A stretch of DNA of 24,154 bases from a virus. Taxonomy: Duplodnaviria; Caudoviricetes. A program made the position numbers and the translations under genes. This document shows positions 1-8,844 of the stretch, one piece after another. The stretch covers positions 1 through 24,154 of the IMG/VR virus record IMGVR_UViG_3300033509_000030; one strand, given 5' to 3'. The notes under the pieces are model-generated. The model was not told where the DNA came from, did not search any database, and saw only the letters and a list, made by a program, of their open reading frames with translations. How positions within the stretch are numbered: the stretch's first letter is position 1; every line of letters begins with the position of its first letter.

Positions 1-308
1 AGTGTGTAAGTTCCATTAAACGGATTAAACAACATGCCGTATACATCTAATGGCTGTGAGATTGTTATTGCGCTTGCACTACCCGAGCTTACCCCAAATA
101 TAGCACGACCACCTTGAAACCAAAGTCTGTCGGTATCATTATTACCAGGTACTGTTTTCCAGGTAGTTGACCCAAGCCATGCTCCACCACCATCAGTATG
201 TGGATGATTGCCGATAGCAGGAGTAGAGTCCCAGTATAGATCATTCTTGAAGCCAAAGATATTGGCTCCAGACCTAAGAATATTATTACCTGATTTATAA
301 ATTATCAT
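1..308 (-). CDS. Partial CDS (runs off the window start); N-terminus resembles autotransporter passenger/beta-helix surface proteins; putative fibre or adhesin
   Basis: Not in the ORF track. ATG at 308-306 overlaps the TGA of the upstream gene (ATGA). Open to base 1: MIIYKSGNNILRSGANIFGFKNDLYWDSTPAIGNHPHTDGGGAWLGSTTWKTVPGNNDTDRLWFQGGRAIFGVSSGSASAITISQPLDVYGMLFNPFNGTYT. Coding status is well supported; the product call is tentative. Confidence 0.7.
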   Translation of the reverse strand, partial: MIIYKSGNNILRSGANIFGFKNDLYWDSTPAIGNHPHTDGGGAWLGSTTWKTVPGNNDTDRLWFQGGRAIFGVSSGSASAITISQPLDVYGMLFNPFNGTYT

Positions 309-1564
309 GCAATTACAACAGTAGTTTTAAACCACTGTATTCCGTCGTGAAGCCATAAGTCAGTTCCGTTTCTATGCTTCTGTCCTTTTAACCCAGCAGA
401 GTTAAAGGTAGGAGTTACAGTAACCCACTCTTCGATGGGTTCGTAATTCTCTAGTGTACCATTGTCATCAGAACGTCTGAGGATTGAATACTGAGCTCCT
501 TGAGTATTTGGCCAGGTATAAGCTACACCACGAATCTGGCCAATGTTACCACCCAAGAAAGCATCACCACCTACGCCAAGCCCATTGTTTATGACAACAG
601 TACCCGTACCAGGACTAACGCTGGCATTGGTGTTAGAGAATGTGGTTTGACCAGTAACGGTTCCACCAGCTATATCAAACTTACCTTCAAGACTAGTAAT
701 ATGTGCAGCAGAAGCAAGACCAGGTTGGGCGTTAGTGGCAAGTTGAATAGCATCAGACCCACTAGTAAGATGAGTAGCAGCGTGAGATACTGGCGTTCTA
801 GCATCACTTAACCTAGAGTCGTCTCCAGCGCATGCAGTTCCAGCAGTTGTACCAAAGCTGAAGTTCTTATTAACTCTAGTCCAATGAGTCAACAACGTAG
901 GATTGTCTTGGTCTGCTATAAGCAAATCACCTGGCTCTACGTTTTCACTGAAGAAAGTTCCAGATAAAGTTACTGTATAAGAGTATCCTTTTAGAACCCC
1001 AACAGGAGAACTAGTTAGGTTTGGTGTATTAGTTCCAGCGTTATAGCCACCCCTATGAGAATATAGTCCTACAATTCTACCGTCTACGTACGCTTTAACA
1101 TTCTTCTGTGTTGGTAATTTTGTAGGTGAGTTAGATGCTAGGTCGTCTTCATCTATTACAAAATTAATACCAGCAGTAGATGTCGAGTTCATTACAGCAC
1201 CGGCTGCAGCTACATTGGCTGCATCCGTCACATCGGCTAGAGCTTCGATACCATCTAGTTTCGTAATCTGGGCAGCAGAAGCAAGTCCCTCTTGAGATGC
1301 TGTAGCTAATCCTATGGCATCAACTCCACCTGTCCTATGATTAGAAACGTGGTTAGCGTTAACCCAAGTTAGGTTGCCGTTACCGTCATTACGCAGTAGT
1401 GTGTTTAATGCTCCTTGTGATGCCGGCCATGAATAGGGTATGTCATTAATCTTACCAAGATTACCTTTAAGACCAATAGACCTTAAGAGTACATCAGCAG
1501 TATCAGGATCGTGCTCGATGTAGAGGCCAGTGTTGTCTACGTGGATAAGTTTTACTTCAGCCAT
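305..1564 (-). CDS. Modular tail fibre-like protein (419 aa)
   Basis: Gly/Ala/Thr/Asn-rich, with short motifs typical of phage fibre shafts (GLASAAQITKLDGIE, SNSPTKLPTQKNVKAYVD, FGTTAGTACAGDDSRLSDARTP, GTVVINNGLGVGG) and internally duplicated modules. Confidence 0.75.
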   Translation of the reverse strand: MAEVKLIHVDNTGLYIEHDPDTADVLLRSIGLKGNLGKINDIPYSWPASQGALNTLLRNDGNGNLTWVNANHVSNHRTGGVDAIGLATASQEGLASAAQITKLDGIEALADVTDAANVAAAGAVMNSTSTAGINFVIDEDDLASNSPTKLPTQKNVKAYVDGRIVGLYSHRGGYNAGTNTPNLTSSPVGVLKGYSYTVTLSGTFFSENVEPGDLLIADQDNPTLLTHWTRVNKNFSFGTTAGTACAGDDSRLSDARTPVSHAATHLTSGSDAIQLATNAQPGLASAAHITSLEGKFDIAGGTVTGQTTFSNTNASVSPGTGTVVINNGLGVGGDAFLGGNIGQIRGVAYTWPNTQGAQYSILRRSDDNGTLENYEPIEEWVTVTPTFNSAGLKGQKHRNGTDLWLHDGIQWFKTTVVIA

Positions 1565-1565
1565 T

Positions 1566-3815
1566 TTAGATTGTCCTATAGAGTACGGGCTGTGACAAAT
1601 CTAGTAACAGTTGTTCTGAAGTAAATGCTATACCTACCTTCTTCATGTACAAGCCGCTATTAGGAGCAGGCGGCGTGATGGATATCTGTCCAGGTAGAGT
1701 TGAGTGTAGATAGTAATGGGCTCCCGTAACAAGACCTGTATAACCACTGACTACTCCTACTTGGGCTACGATAGCTGTAGTAGGAGTTGACTTGTCGGTT
1801 ACTACTCCGAGAACCTGAGAAGAACTATAAGCACTAGAACTGGCTTTATCAATTTTAGTCCCGTTTACGTATACAACATCGAGAATATCAACTGCAACTA
1901 AAGATGGGACCCATACTCCTACTCCAGGAAAATTCTTAGCCTGCTCTATATTTACAGATTCTAATACTCTAAATCCATCAGAGATTATTTCACCGTCGAT
2001 ATCACGCGTATAAGACTGTTCCGTAGCGTAGTACCTGTTGCCAGTAAAGTCGTAGAAGATAGTTGTAGCTCTAAACGGGAACTCGTCTACGTACTCAATG
2101 TACATCTCAAATTGTTTAACTGCTTTGCTTGGTGATGTGTAAACAACGATTCTTTCTACTTCACCAAACGGAGTGTAGTTTATGACCTTTGATTCTGAGG
2201 CTGATAACATCTCATATAGTCTTACGTCTGCCCCTATATTAGCGCGTACACGAGTAGTAGTCTCGTTTAGAACCGATAGGAATTTCCAGTCCTCAGTTCC
2301 AAGATGGCGCATTAGGATCCAGTCTTGGTCTCTTACAGAGGTAGCTGTTCCTATGGAAAAGACGTCTATGAGAACAGAATTGGATTCGACATATTTCTCT
2401 ATAGCAGTAATCTGAGCGTACTGTAGATCGGATTCAATAAGTCTGCGAGTGAGTACTTCATAGTTAAGTTCTGCAGTTGGAGATGAAATATACGTAGGTT
2501 CAACCTTAACGATGTCGCTTAAAGTAACTCCAGCGTTAACTAGAATAGGGGGAGGATAGAAAACATGGGCATCAACTAGATTGCTCGAATGAGTAACCTT
2601 GTTTCCTATAGCTATTGCTATTGATATAGGTTCACTAGATGTGATACCCATAGCAGGATTAGATATGACTATGGGATGAGCTTCATGTGATATGTAGACT
2701 TTTGAATGAAGACCAAACGTCACTGATGTAGCAGTCTCTACGGCGTCTTTTAAAATAACCCTGAATGCAACATCAACTTCATCTGATACAAAGACTTTAC
2801 CACTACCACCTATAGAAGCTTCGAACTCAACGTCACCATTCAGAATTATTCCACTTAACGAAAACAGTACAGGTGTGTTATCTGGTGTAGCATTAGTGTA
2901 TTCTTTCTCACCGACGGTTACATTTACGGAGAATAGAGTTTGATCAACAAGTAACCGATTTACTATTTGAACTGCTGTTTCACCGGCTGCTATAAGGATC
3001 CTGTTTAACGAGAAGTACTCAATGTCTACATAGACTGATTGGAATAGTAACTTTGAGAACGTTGGATCTATGGGTACTTCTGGGCGGGCCCCTATAAGTC
3101 TATCATACTGAACTAGCTCAATGCCTACTTCGTCAGTAGAGAACGTGCGGGTCTCAGTTACAAGACTAAAACTAAACTCACCAGTAGTTTCTAATATGCG
3201 CGAGAAAGTAGGGTCGATCTCGAATTCTACTTCTGCCTCGTAAGTTTTATCTGTTGTAACATCAGCAGCTTTTTCTACGGAGGACTGTAGTACACGGTTA
3301 GTAGGACGAACGTTCATGTCTACAGTACTCGTCGTCATAAGACTACGCTCCGACGACATAATGTTTACATCCACGGTAGTACTCTTACGTATAACATCTA
3401 CAGAGATTATCTCAATAGAACCTATGTTGGTAAGAGAGTCCGCTTGAAAAGCTGGTCTAGGTGAAATTAAAACTAGCGCCAGTGGGCTGCTACTAGTAGT
3501 ACTGAATGGTGTTTCAGACGTAACATCTACATGATTAAGGTCTGACACCGTAGTAGTTTTAGTCAGATAGGCTACTGGCAAAGCGCCTAGTGGTATCCAA
3601 TCCAGAACTACAGCATTGTCGTTATCAAGATCTAGTCCCCATCCATAGTAACCGTGGTCGATAGGAGTACCAAGGTTGGTTATTGTATCTGGCTTACCGT
3701 CTAGATTGGCGTCGATACCAGATCTCGTAAAGGTCTGGTAATGCCATATTACATCCGAGGGGCTAGCTGGTGGCCCACTCGGAAGTAATGGTTCGTTTAC
3801 AATAATGAGGGCCAT
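1566..3815 (-). CDS. Virion structural/fibre-like protein (749 aa) with beta-rich degenerate repeats and a C-terminal domain common in phage fibre/cement proteins
   Basis: Val/Ile/Thr/Ser-rich 16-17 aa repeats. C-terminal GLVTGAHYYL...PGQISITPP...KKVGIAFTSEQLLL motif. N-terminal DANLDGKPD. Located in the structural operon. Confidence 0.6.
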   Translation of the reverse strand: MALIIVNEPLLPSGPPASPSDVIWHYQTFTRSGIDANLDGKPDTITNLGTPIDHGYYGWGLDLDNDNAVVLDWIPLGALPVAYLTKTTTVSDLNHVDVTSETPFSTTSSSPLALVLISPRPAFQADSLTNIGSIEIISVDVIRKSTTVDVNIMSSERSLMTTSTVDMNVRPTNRVLQSSVEKAADVTTDKTYEAEVEFEIDPTFSRILETTGEFSFSLVTETRTFSTDEVGIELVQYDRLIGARPEVPIDPTFSKLLFQSVYVDIEYFSLNRILIAAGETAVQIVNRLLVDQTLFSVNVTVGEKEYTNATPDNTPVLFSLSGIILNGDVEFEASIGGSGKVFVSDEVDVAFRVILKDAVETATSVTFGLHSKVYISHEAHPIVISNPAMGITSSEPISIAIAIGNKVTHSSNLVDAHVFYPPPILVNAGVTLSDIVKVEPTYISSPTAELNYEVLTRRLIESDLQYAQITAIEKYVESNSVLIDVFSIGTATSVRDQDWILMRHLGTEDWKFLSVLNETTTRVRANIGADVRLYEMLSASESKVINYTPFGEVERIVVYTSPSKAVKQFEMYIEYVDEFPFRATTIFYDFTGNRYYATEQSYTRDIDGEIISDGFRVLESVNIEQAKNFPGVGVWVPSLVAVDILDVVYVNGTKIDKASSSAYSSSQVLGVVTDKSTPTTAIVAQVGVVSGYTGLVTGAHYYLHSTLPGQISITPPAPNSGLYMKKVGIAFTSEQLLLDLSQPVLYRTI

Positions 3816-3833
3816 GGAGGAACATGGTCCTGA

Positions 3834-5699
3834 TTATACAATCTGTGTTCGTCCGTCCCAAACGAGGCACTTGGCGTAGAACCGATCCCCGTCGAGATAC
3901 GGATCAGGCATGGCCAACCGCACGTAGACGATTCGATCAGCAACACTACGGGAAACCGCATCCACGTTTAGAGGGGCAGTAGCACCTGGGATTCCAACCC
4001 TAGTGACGATTCCATTTCCACCAGTTGCTAGGTTAGTAGCCAAACCAGCACTAGCAGCTGATACGGGCACTGGAGAATCACCAAGTTCAGCAGAGTGGGT
4101 GTAGGTATTAGTAGAAGACACAACGTCAGTATACGCTGGTCCTACCATGATACCTGCGAAAGGATGGATCTTAGACCAGTCTCCAGCATTGGTTTCTGTG
4201 ATACCGATACCGTTACGGTCAGGATTGTAGGAATCTGGATCGTTGTCTACTTCTTCGCCAGCGCCAAGTAGACCTTCCCTGTAGCCGACGATACCTTCAT
4301 CAGCAGGATCGAAAGTACCGGCAACATCTACGTCAGGCCAGCAGAACTCAATGTTAGCAACGAAGTTAGGACCACGGAAGTTACCTGCTAGAGAGCTGTT
4401 GTTCCAGACACCTGAAACGAGAACCTTATCGTCAGAAGCAATTGCTGTTGAAGTGTTGTAGTAGACATCAACCTTGGTGGGGGCGGATCCAGTAGCCGGG
4501 CTTACAAAATCAATCCTGTTAAACTTAAGTGCGCTCGGGAAGTTAATCAACCAACCAGTTGCGTTTGCACGACCTTCGACTGTCGGAACAGTGATGTTTG
4601 GGAACGTGATAGCGTTTGCTTCAGCATCGAACTTCAGAATGTTACCTTGGTTGTCATAGAACTTCACGTTCTTGAGGGACACAACACCGCCAGGTCCAGT
4701 TGCTGAATCGATAGGAACGATAAGCACGCTACCTGGATTAGTGCCAAGTTTGTTTACGTATCCAGGCAGATAGATCTGGTGCGTATAACTTACCGTTCTG
4801 ATAGGAAGGCCAATCCAACTATGGCTATAGTTTTCGTTAGGAGTACCATCTAGATTAAGGGCATTGGACTCTACTGTGTACATGAGCGTGTCACCACTCA
4901 GGGTAGTGTTGCCAGTAGTCTCTTTGTAGATCTCGTAGCGAACGTGAACAGCGTCAGTATCAGGCTCATATACGCGAGTTGTGAAGTAGATGGTTTGGCT
5001 AGGAAGCCAAGGTGTACCGGGGCGAGGAAATACCACCTCAGCTGTAGGAGCTTGTTCGTCTTCTTTCAGGTCCTCATTGAACACATGAAGGTCGATTTTA
5101 TCCAAGAACAAGTCAGGGGAATTGCTTCGTGTCTGTACGTTGTAGAAGGTGATCTTTACCCAGCTAGTGTAGTAGGGGAACATGCGTGCGTGAAACCTAT
5201 CGGTGTCGTTTTGATTGTAAACAGCGTCAGGTCTAGGGAGATAAACGTCCGTGATACCATCACCTTCTTGGATCTGTCCTGTTTGGTCGGCAACCTTAAC
5301 CCAGTCAATGATCTCAGAGAACTTCTTATCTGAACGACCAGAGACCTCAATGGTGTACTCCAATGCTTTGTTCTCGAACAGAGATGTTGAGTCTGAACCA
5401 CTGGATCTATTGAGAACGAGGTCTAGCAATCGACGCGTTTGGGGAATACGAACTGCAACCGTTACAATGCCGTGGGTAGCATTAGCTACTAGAGGATTAC
5501 CAAACGGCTGAATGTTTAGACCAGCTGCGCCACTGGCTTGAAATAGCCTAGTTATTACAGTAGCTTTCTGAGCATCGGTGAGTGTAATCTCACCAGCAGT
5601 TAGCGGATCTCCGATCTGAAGATGCCAACGCCTATCGATGTTGGTGTCGATGTAGGCAATGTTGCTAAAATCAATTGGGGCGCTTTGTCGTTGGGCCAT
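3834..5699 (-). CDS. Virion structural protein (621 aa) with probable discoidin/F5-8C-like and Ig-like beta-sandwich domains
   Basis: LEYTIEVSG...DWVKVAD...SWVKITF...FLDKIDL fits a discoidin-like pattern. APTAEVVFP...IYFTTRVYEPDTDAVHVRYEIY fits an Ig-like pattern. Structural context. Confidence 0.55.
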   Translation of the reverse strand: MAQRQSAPIDFSNIAYIDTNIDRRWHLQIGDPLTAGEITLTDAQKATVITRLFQASGAAGLNIQPFGNPLVANATHGIVTVAVRIPQTRRLLDLVLNRSSGSDSTSLFENKALEYTIEVSGRSDKKFSEIIDWVKVADQTGQIQEGDGITDVYLPRPDAVYNQNDTDRFHARMFPYYTSWVKITFYNVQTRSNSPDLFLDKIDLHVFNEDLKEDEQAPTAEVVFPRPGTPWLPSQTIYFTTRVYEPDTDAVHVRYEIYKETTGNTTLSGDTLMYTVESNALNLDGTPNENYSHSWIGLPIRTVSYTHQIYLPGYVNKLGTNPGSVLIVPIDSATGPGGVVSLKNVKFYDNQGNILKFDAEANAITFPNITVPTVEGRANATGWLINFPSALKFNRIDFVSPATGSAPTKVDVYYNTSTAIASDDKVLVSGVWNNSSLAGNFRGPNFVANIEFCWPDVDVAGTFDPADEGIVGYREGLLGAGEEVDNDPDSYNPDRNGIGITETNAGDWSKIHPFAGIMVGPAYTDVVSSTNTYTHSAELGDSPVPVSAASAGLATNLATGGNGIVTRVGIPGATAPLNVDAVSRSVADRIVYVRLAMPDPYLDGDRFYAKCLVWDGRTQIV

Positions 5700-5708
5700 G
5701 GTTTACTC

Positions 5709-6212
5709 TCACGTATTGGGTACAATTCGGTTTTGGTTAGCACTGTTTACGTCGTATGATAAGACCCCAGCCGTCATGTAAAACCCTGCAGCTTCTTCGT
5801 ATTCGCTAATCGAGGTAACATTGGTGGGATAGGTTTGGTTTTGATACTTAAACACTGTGGTACGGATTATAGTCGTCTCTGTTACTATTAAAGGGAATGT
5901 CACAATCTTTTTTACTTTGCCTTGGCTGTTAGGAGAGAAATCTGCCCCAGTACCAATGTCGTTGTCCCTAACGTAGTAGATGAAATGCTCACCTGGAACA
6001 TTATAAAGTCCACGTACAGTTGCTAGTGCATTTTTAACTGAGTCTAGTGGTTCTGGTTGTCCAAGCTGATCATTACGACCAACAAGTTGTGCTAAGGAGG
6101 TAACCATTCCGTTTGGACTACGATGGGTAGGAGACCCTGGAAACGTATTACCACCCTCGTAAACTACTGAGACGGCATCTGAATGCAGAGGTTGTTGGTT
6201 TGGGTTATTCAT
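5709..6212 (-). CDS. Hypothetical protein (167 aa), probably virion-associated
   Basis: ATGA overlap with the upstream gene. GKVKKIVTFP...IRTTVFKY loosely resembles GEVERIVVYTSP...EMYIEY in the 749-aa protein. Confidence 0.65.
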   Translation of the reverse strand: MNNPNQQPLHSDAVSVVYEGGNTFPGSPTHRSPNGMVTSLAQLVGRNDQLGQPEPLDSVKNALATVRGLYNVPGEHFIYYVRDNDIGTGADFSPNSQGKVKKIVTFPLIVTETTIIRTTVFKYQNQTYPTNVTSISEYEEAAGFYMTAGVLSYDVNSANQNRIVPNT

Positions 6213-6574
6213 TTGACGCTTGGGCGTGATTTGCTTACAACTTCTTCAGTCAATGGATTGAGGGCGGAGCGCTGGCCATTAGCAATGTAGCTAATGATCC
6301 TATCTCGTGTCTCAAGTAGCAGGGAGGCGCTCGATTGCAAGTGACCAGAAAGAAAACCGATCTCTACATCATGTAGCCCTTGGCTTTGTCGAAATCCAAA
6401 AAGTGTCTCAGCCTTTTGGTTCCCACCACCACGTTTAGTAACGACATGACGCACCATGACTAATCCATGTCCAGACGCTATAAAAGCTGTAGCAAGTTTG
6501 ATGTCGTTTGTCTCATACAACTGGTCAGCAGGAATCTCCTGTGCACTCAAGATGTGGCGTTTGCTCTCTTCCAT
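6209..6574 (-). CDS. DUF5659-like small protein (121 aa)
   Basis: YETNDIKLATAFIASGHGL...TLFGF...GFLSG matches my recollection of the DUF5659 pattern. AAGGA SD-like sequence upstream. Confidence 0.6.
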   Translation of the reverse strand: MEESKRHILSAQEIPADQLYETNDIKLATAFIASGHGLVMVRHVVTKRGGGNQKAETLFGFRQSQGLHDVEIGFLSGHLQSSASLLLETRDRIISYIANGQRSALNPLTEEVVSKSRPSVK

Positions 6575-6592
6575 GGTAATGATATCCTTTAA

Positions 6593-6603
6593 GTTTGATA
6601 CGA
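6593..6603 (-). promoter_or_regulatory. Intergenic motif TCGTATCAAAC, copy 1
   Basis: The identical 11-mer also lies directly upstream of terL; variants occur before the genes starting at 8767 and 13373. Confidence 0.4.
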
Positions 6604-6623
6604 TGTGGGTAATGTAGAGTGTG

Positions 6624-7889
6624 TCATAGGGAGGCGTAGATGGTTTGTCCTATCTGTAGGTCATTTTGCCCGGCTTCCAATAATAGCCAGCGCTTCGCAA
6701 CATCAGCCTCTTTAGCAGACTCCATCCTGATAGTAGAAGACTGCATTCCTTGTCCGCGTGGAAAACTATAGGTAACAGATAGATCAGCCAAGCTTATAGC
6801 CTTACCACGACTAATCTCTTGTTGTATGTTTCTATCGTCCAGAATTTGTATCACAGTCATAGACTCAGCGTAGGATTGAGCTGCTCGTGTAGGTTGCACA
6901 AGACTAACTTTACCAAGTCGTGAAGCTCTAATGGAGTGAGTTAGAATATGCTGTAGAACTACTTCTTCCGAAACCATACCCTGTATGCCATTGAGCCTGA
7001 AGAAGATAGCTTCTGGAGACGTGTACATTGGATACAGTTCTGTAAGAAAGTAGAGCTCCTCGTCTTGCCTAGCATTTAGTTTCTTACCAGTGGAGTTCAG
7101 CAAATTACCTGATATGATTATTCGTACAAAGGCGTTGGCGTTAAATGCTCTCTGCCCAGAATCTTTTGTCCACGTCAAGGTTTTGTTGTCTACTGACAAA
7201 GACCACACCCCAGTTGGCATTGCAAATATATCTGCTCCAGGTAGGACTTCCGCCTGCCCAGGAATTCTTGGTGTAGTAAACTCGTTGAATTTGTTGTCAT
7301 TGAAATAAAAGGTTTCCCTGACTAGAGGTGCGTAAATAAGTCGGATAAGACTAGCGAAGTTTTGTGCTGGGTTAAGAGCTTCTGAGAATGTAATCGACAA
7401 ACTGCCAGTACGCACATCTATAGAACTATCTAGATGGGCTGGTATAGATCCAACTACCTTGAACGAGTCCGACGCCCTTTGCGAGAGACTTTGCCCATCT
7501 TGTATGACGCCCTGCGCCGCTTCTTCGTCCTCAACGATTTCCTCACGCGGGGTGTAGGAATTTCCAGTCTGGAAGTCGATCCAAATGCTGGTGGTGATGG
7601 GCGTACCATTAGCACGCTTGACTGGAAGCATCGTGTCATCATCAGCTCCAGCAAACGTCCAAGTGTATCTTCGATGAGGGGTAAGTGCCTTGTTAGCCAG
7701 CAACGTAGCTGTGAACGTTGCGGAGTCGTAGGACAGGGCCCCTCTGACTTCTTTGTTATCTTCGGCGTCATATAAGACCACGGATCCGGTGCGTAAGCTT
7801 TCTTCGTCCAGCGCATAGTCGAATGTGTAAGAGAGGACGGCGTCTAGGTAGACACCGACCTCTTGATGCGCTGGAGAAGAGCTAGCCAT
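6624..7889 (-). CDS. Two bacterial Ig-like (Big_5/SbsA-type) domains fused to a probable head-tail adaptor domain (421 aa)
   Basis: SSPAHQEVGV...YTFDYALDEESL...LTPHRRYTWT...NGTPI...FQTG and VVGSIPA...SITFSEALN...NKTLTWT are Big_5-like. The helical C-terminal PMYTSPE...VSEEVVLQHI...ISLADLSVTYS resembles SPP1 gp15/HK97 gp6-type adaptors. It is the second gene after the capsid gene. Confidence 0.6.
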   Translation of the reverse strand: MASSSPAHQEVGVYLDAVLSYTFDYALDEESLRTGSVVLYDAEDNKEVRGALSYDSATFTATLLANKALTPHRRYTWTFAGADDDTMLPVKRANGTPITTSIWIDFQTGNSYTPREEIVEDEEAAQGVIQDGQSLSQRASDSFKVVGSIPAHLDSSIDVRTGSLSITFSEALNPAQNFASLIRLIYAPLVRETFYFNDNKFNEFTTPRIPGQAEVLPGADIFAMPTGVWSLSVDNKTLTWTKDSGQRAFNANAFVRIIISGNLLNSTGKKLNARQDEELYFLTELYPMYTSPEAIFFRLNGIQGMVSEEVVLQHILTHSIRASRLGKVSLVQPTRAAQSYAESMTVIQILDDRNIQQEISRGKAISLADLSVTYSFPRGQGMQSSTIRMESAKEADVAKRWLLLEAGQNDLQIGQTIYASL

Positions 7890-8767
7890 TAGAACCCATT
7901 AGAGGATACCGTCCTAGAGTCAGGAACTCCACGAACTTTCATACCTGGACCAGTAGGAGCCTCACGCTTTGTACCGGCTGGAGCAACGTCGTCCATCTTA
8001 CTAAGAAACTCAACGGACCCACCAAGTTTGTTAAGTGCTCCTTTGATCTTCTTCAGAATGTGCTTACGCGTCTTGTGATTACGCTCGTACTCATAGAGGG
8101 CCTTGAGGATAGGTACTGGTGATTTGATTTCACCAGTAGTCCTATCAACCCAGGTATCCTGAGTAGCAAGGTGCATGATGTCTTGATACAGGATCTTATC
8201 AGGCTTGTCTAGGACGGTAGCCACATCAAGACCAGAGAGATCCATCTCACGAATGGGACGCTTCTGGATACCGTAGTCACCAATCAAGAGCGCCTGGCGC
8301 CTTACGTATTCTACGATGATGTCATCTTGGAAATCGTGGAAGGTTTTACCATTGTAGGTAAACGTTGGGTTATCCAGATTAAGTTCAACGCCAAGGTCAT
8401 TGCAGATTAGCATTTCACTACGGTGGAAATTGTATGTAAAGACTTGTCCATCCATCAGATTGTCTTTTGTGAAGTACTGAGCCAGATAGAGTGCTACACG
8501 TACATCTTCAACATCGTTGAACGGGAACTCATAGGTTCGTTTACCGATAGTGGCGGATCTCTTCACGAGAGCGTCCTTCCTAGCCTGCTGTACTTTTGGG
8601 TCATCAGGATTTTCAATGATAGCTGCCTCTACCTCTGGTGTCATTACAGTCATGGGTTCGTCACCGTTAAGCTCAGAAAGACCATCGAATGAATCCGTGT
8701 CTAGGGGTGACTTAGCAGTTGGATTTTGAAGATCCTCAGCACTCTGGTTTACTCTTTTCTGGGCCAT
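7889..8767 (-). CDS. Post-capsid hypothetical protein (292 aa)
   Basis: AAGGAG SD 7 nt before the ATG. The helical motif LKALYEYERNHKTRKHILKKI is of the kind often seen in genes just after phage capsid genes. Confidence 0.7.
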   Translation of the reverse strand: MAQKRVNQSAEDLQNPTAKSPLDTDSFDGLSELNGDEPMTVMTPEVEAAIIENPDDPKVQQARKDALVKRSATIGKRTYEFPFNDVEDVRVALYLAQYFTKDNLMDGQVFTYNFHRSEMLICNDLGVELNLDNPTFTYNGKTFHDFQDDIIVEYVRRQALLIGDYGIQKRPIREMDLSGLDVATVLDKPDKILYQDIMHLATQDTWVDRTTGEIKSPVPILKALYEYERNHKTRKHILKKIKGALNKLGGSVEFLSKMDDVAPAGTKREAPTGPGMKVRGVPDSRTVSSNGF

Positions 8768-8787
8768 TTTAATACTCCTTTATTTGA

Positions 8788-8824
8788 TAAGAAAGAATAG
8801 GAGGGGACCGAAGCCCCCTCCTAT
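8788..8824 (-). terminator. Rho-independent terminator after the major capsid gene
   Basis: Minus strand reads ATAGGAGGGGGC-TTCG-GTCCCCTCCTAT followed by TCTTTCTT: a 12-bp stem with one G-U pair, a cUUCGg tetraloop and an interrupted U-tract, 20 nt after the capsid stop codon. Confidence 0.9.
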
Positions 8825-8844
8825 CTAAAATTTAACCAATCGGA

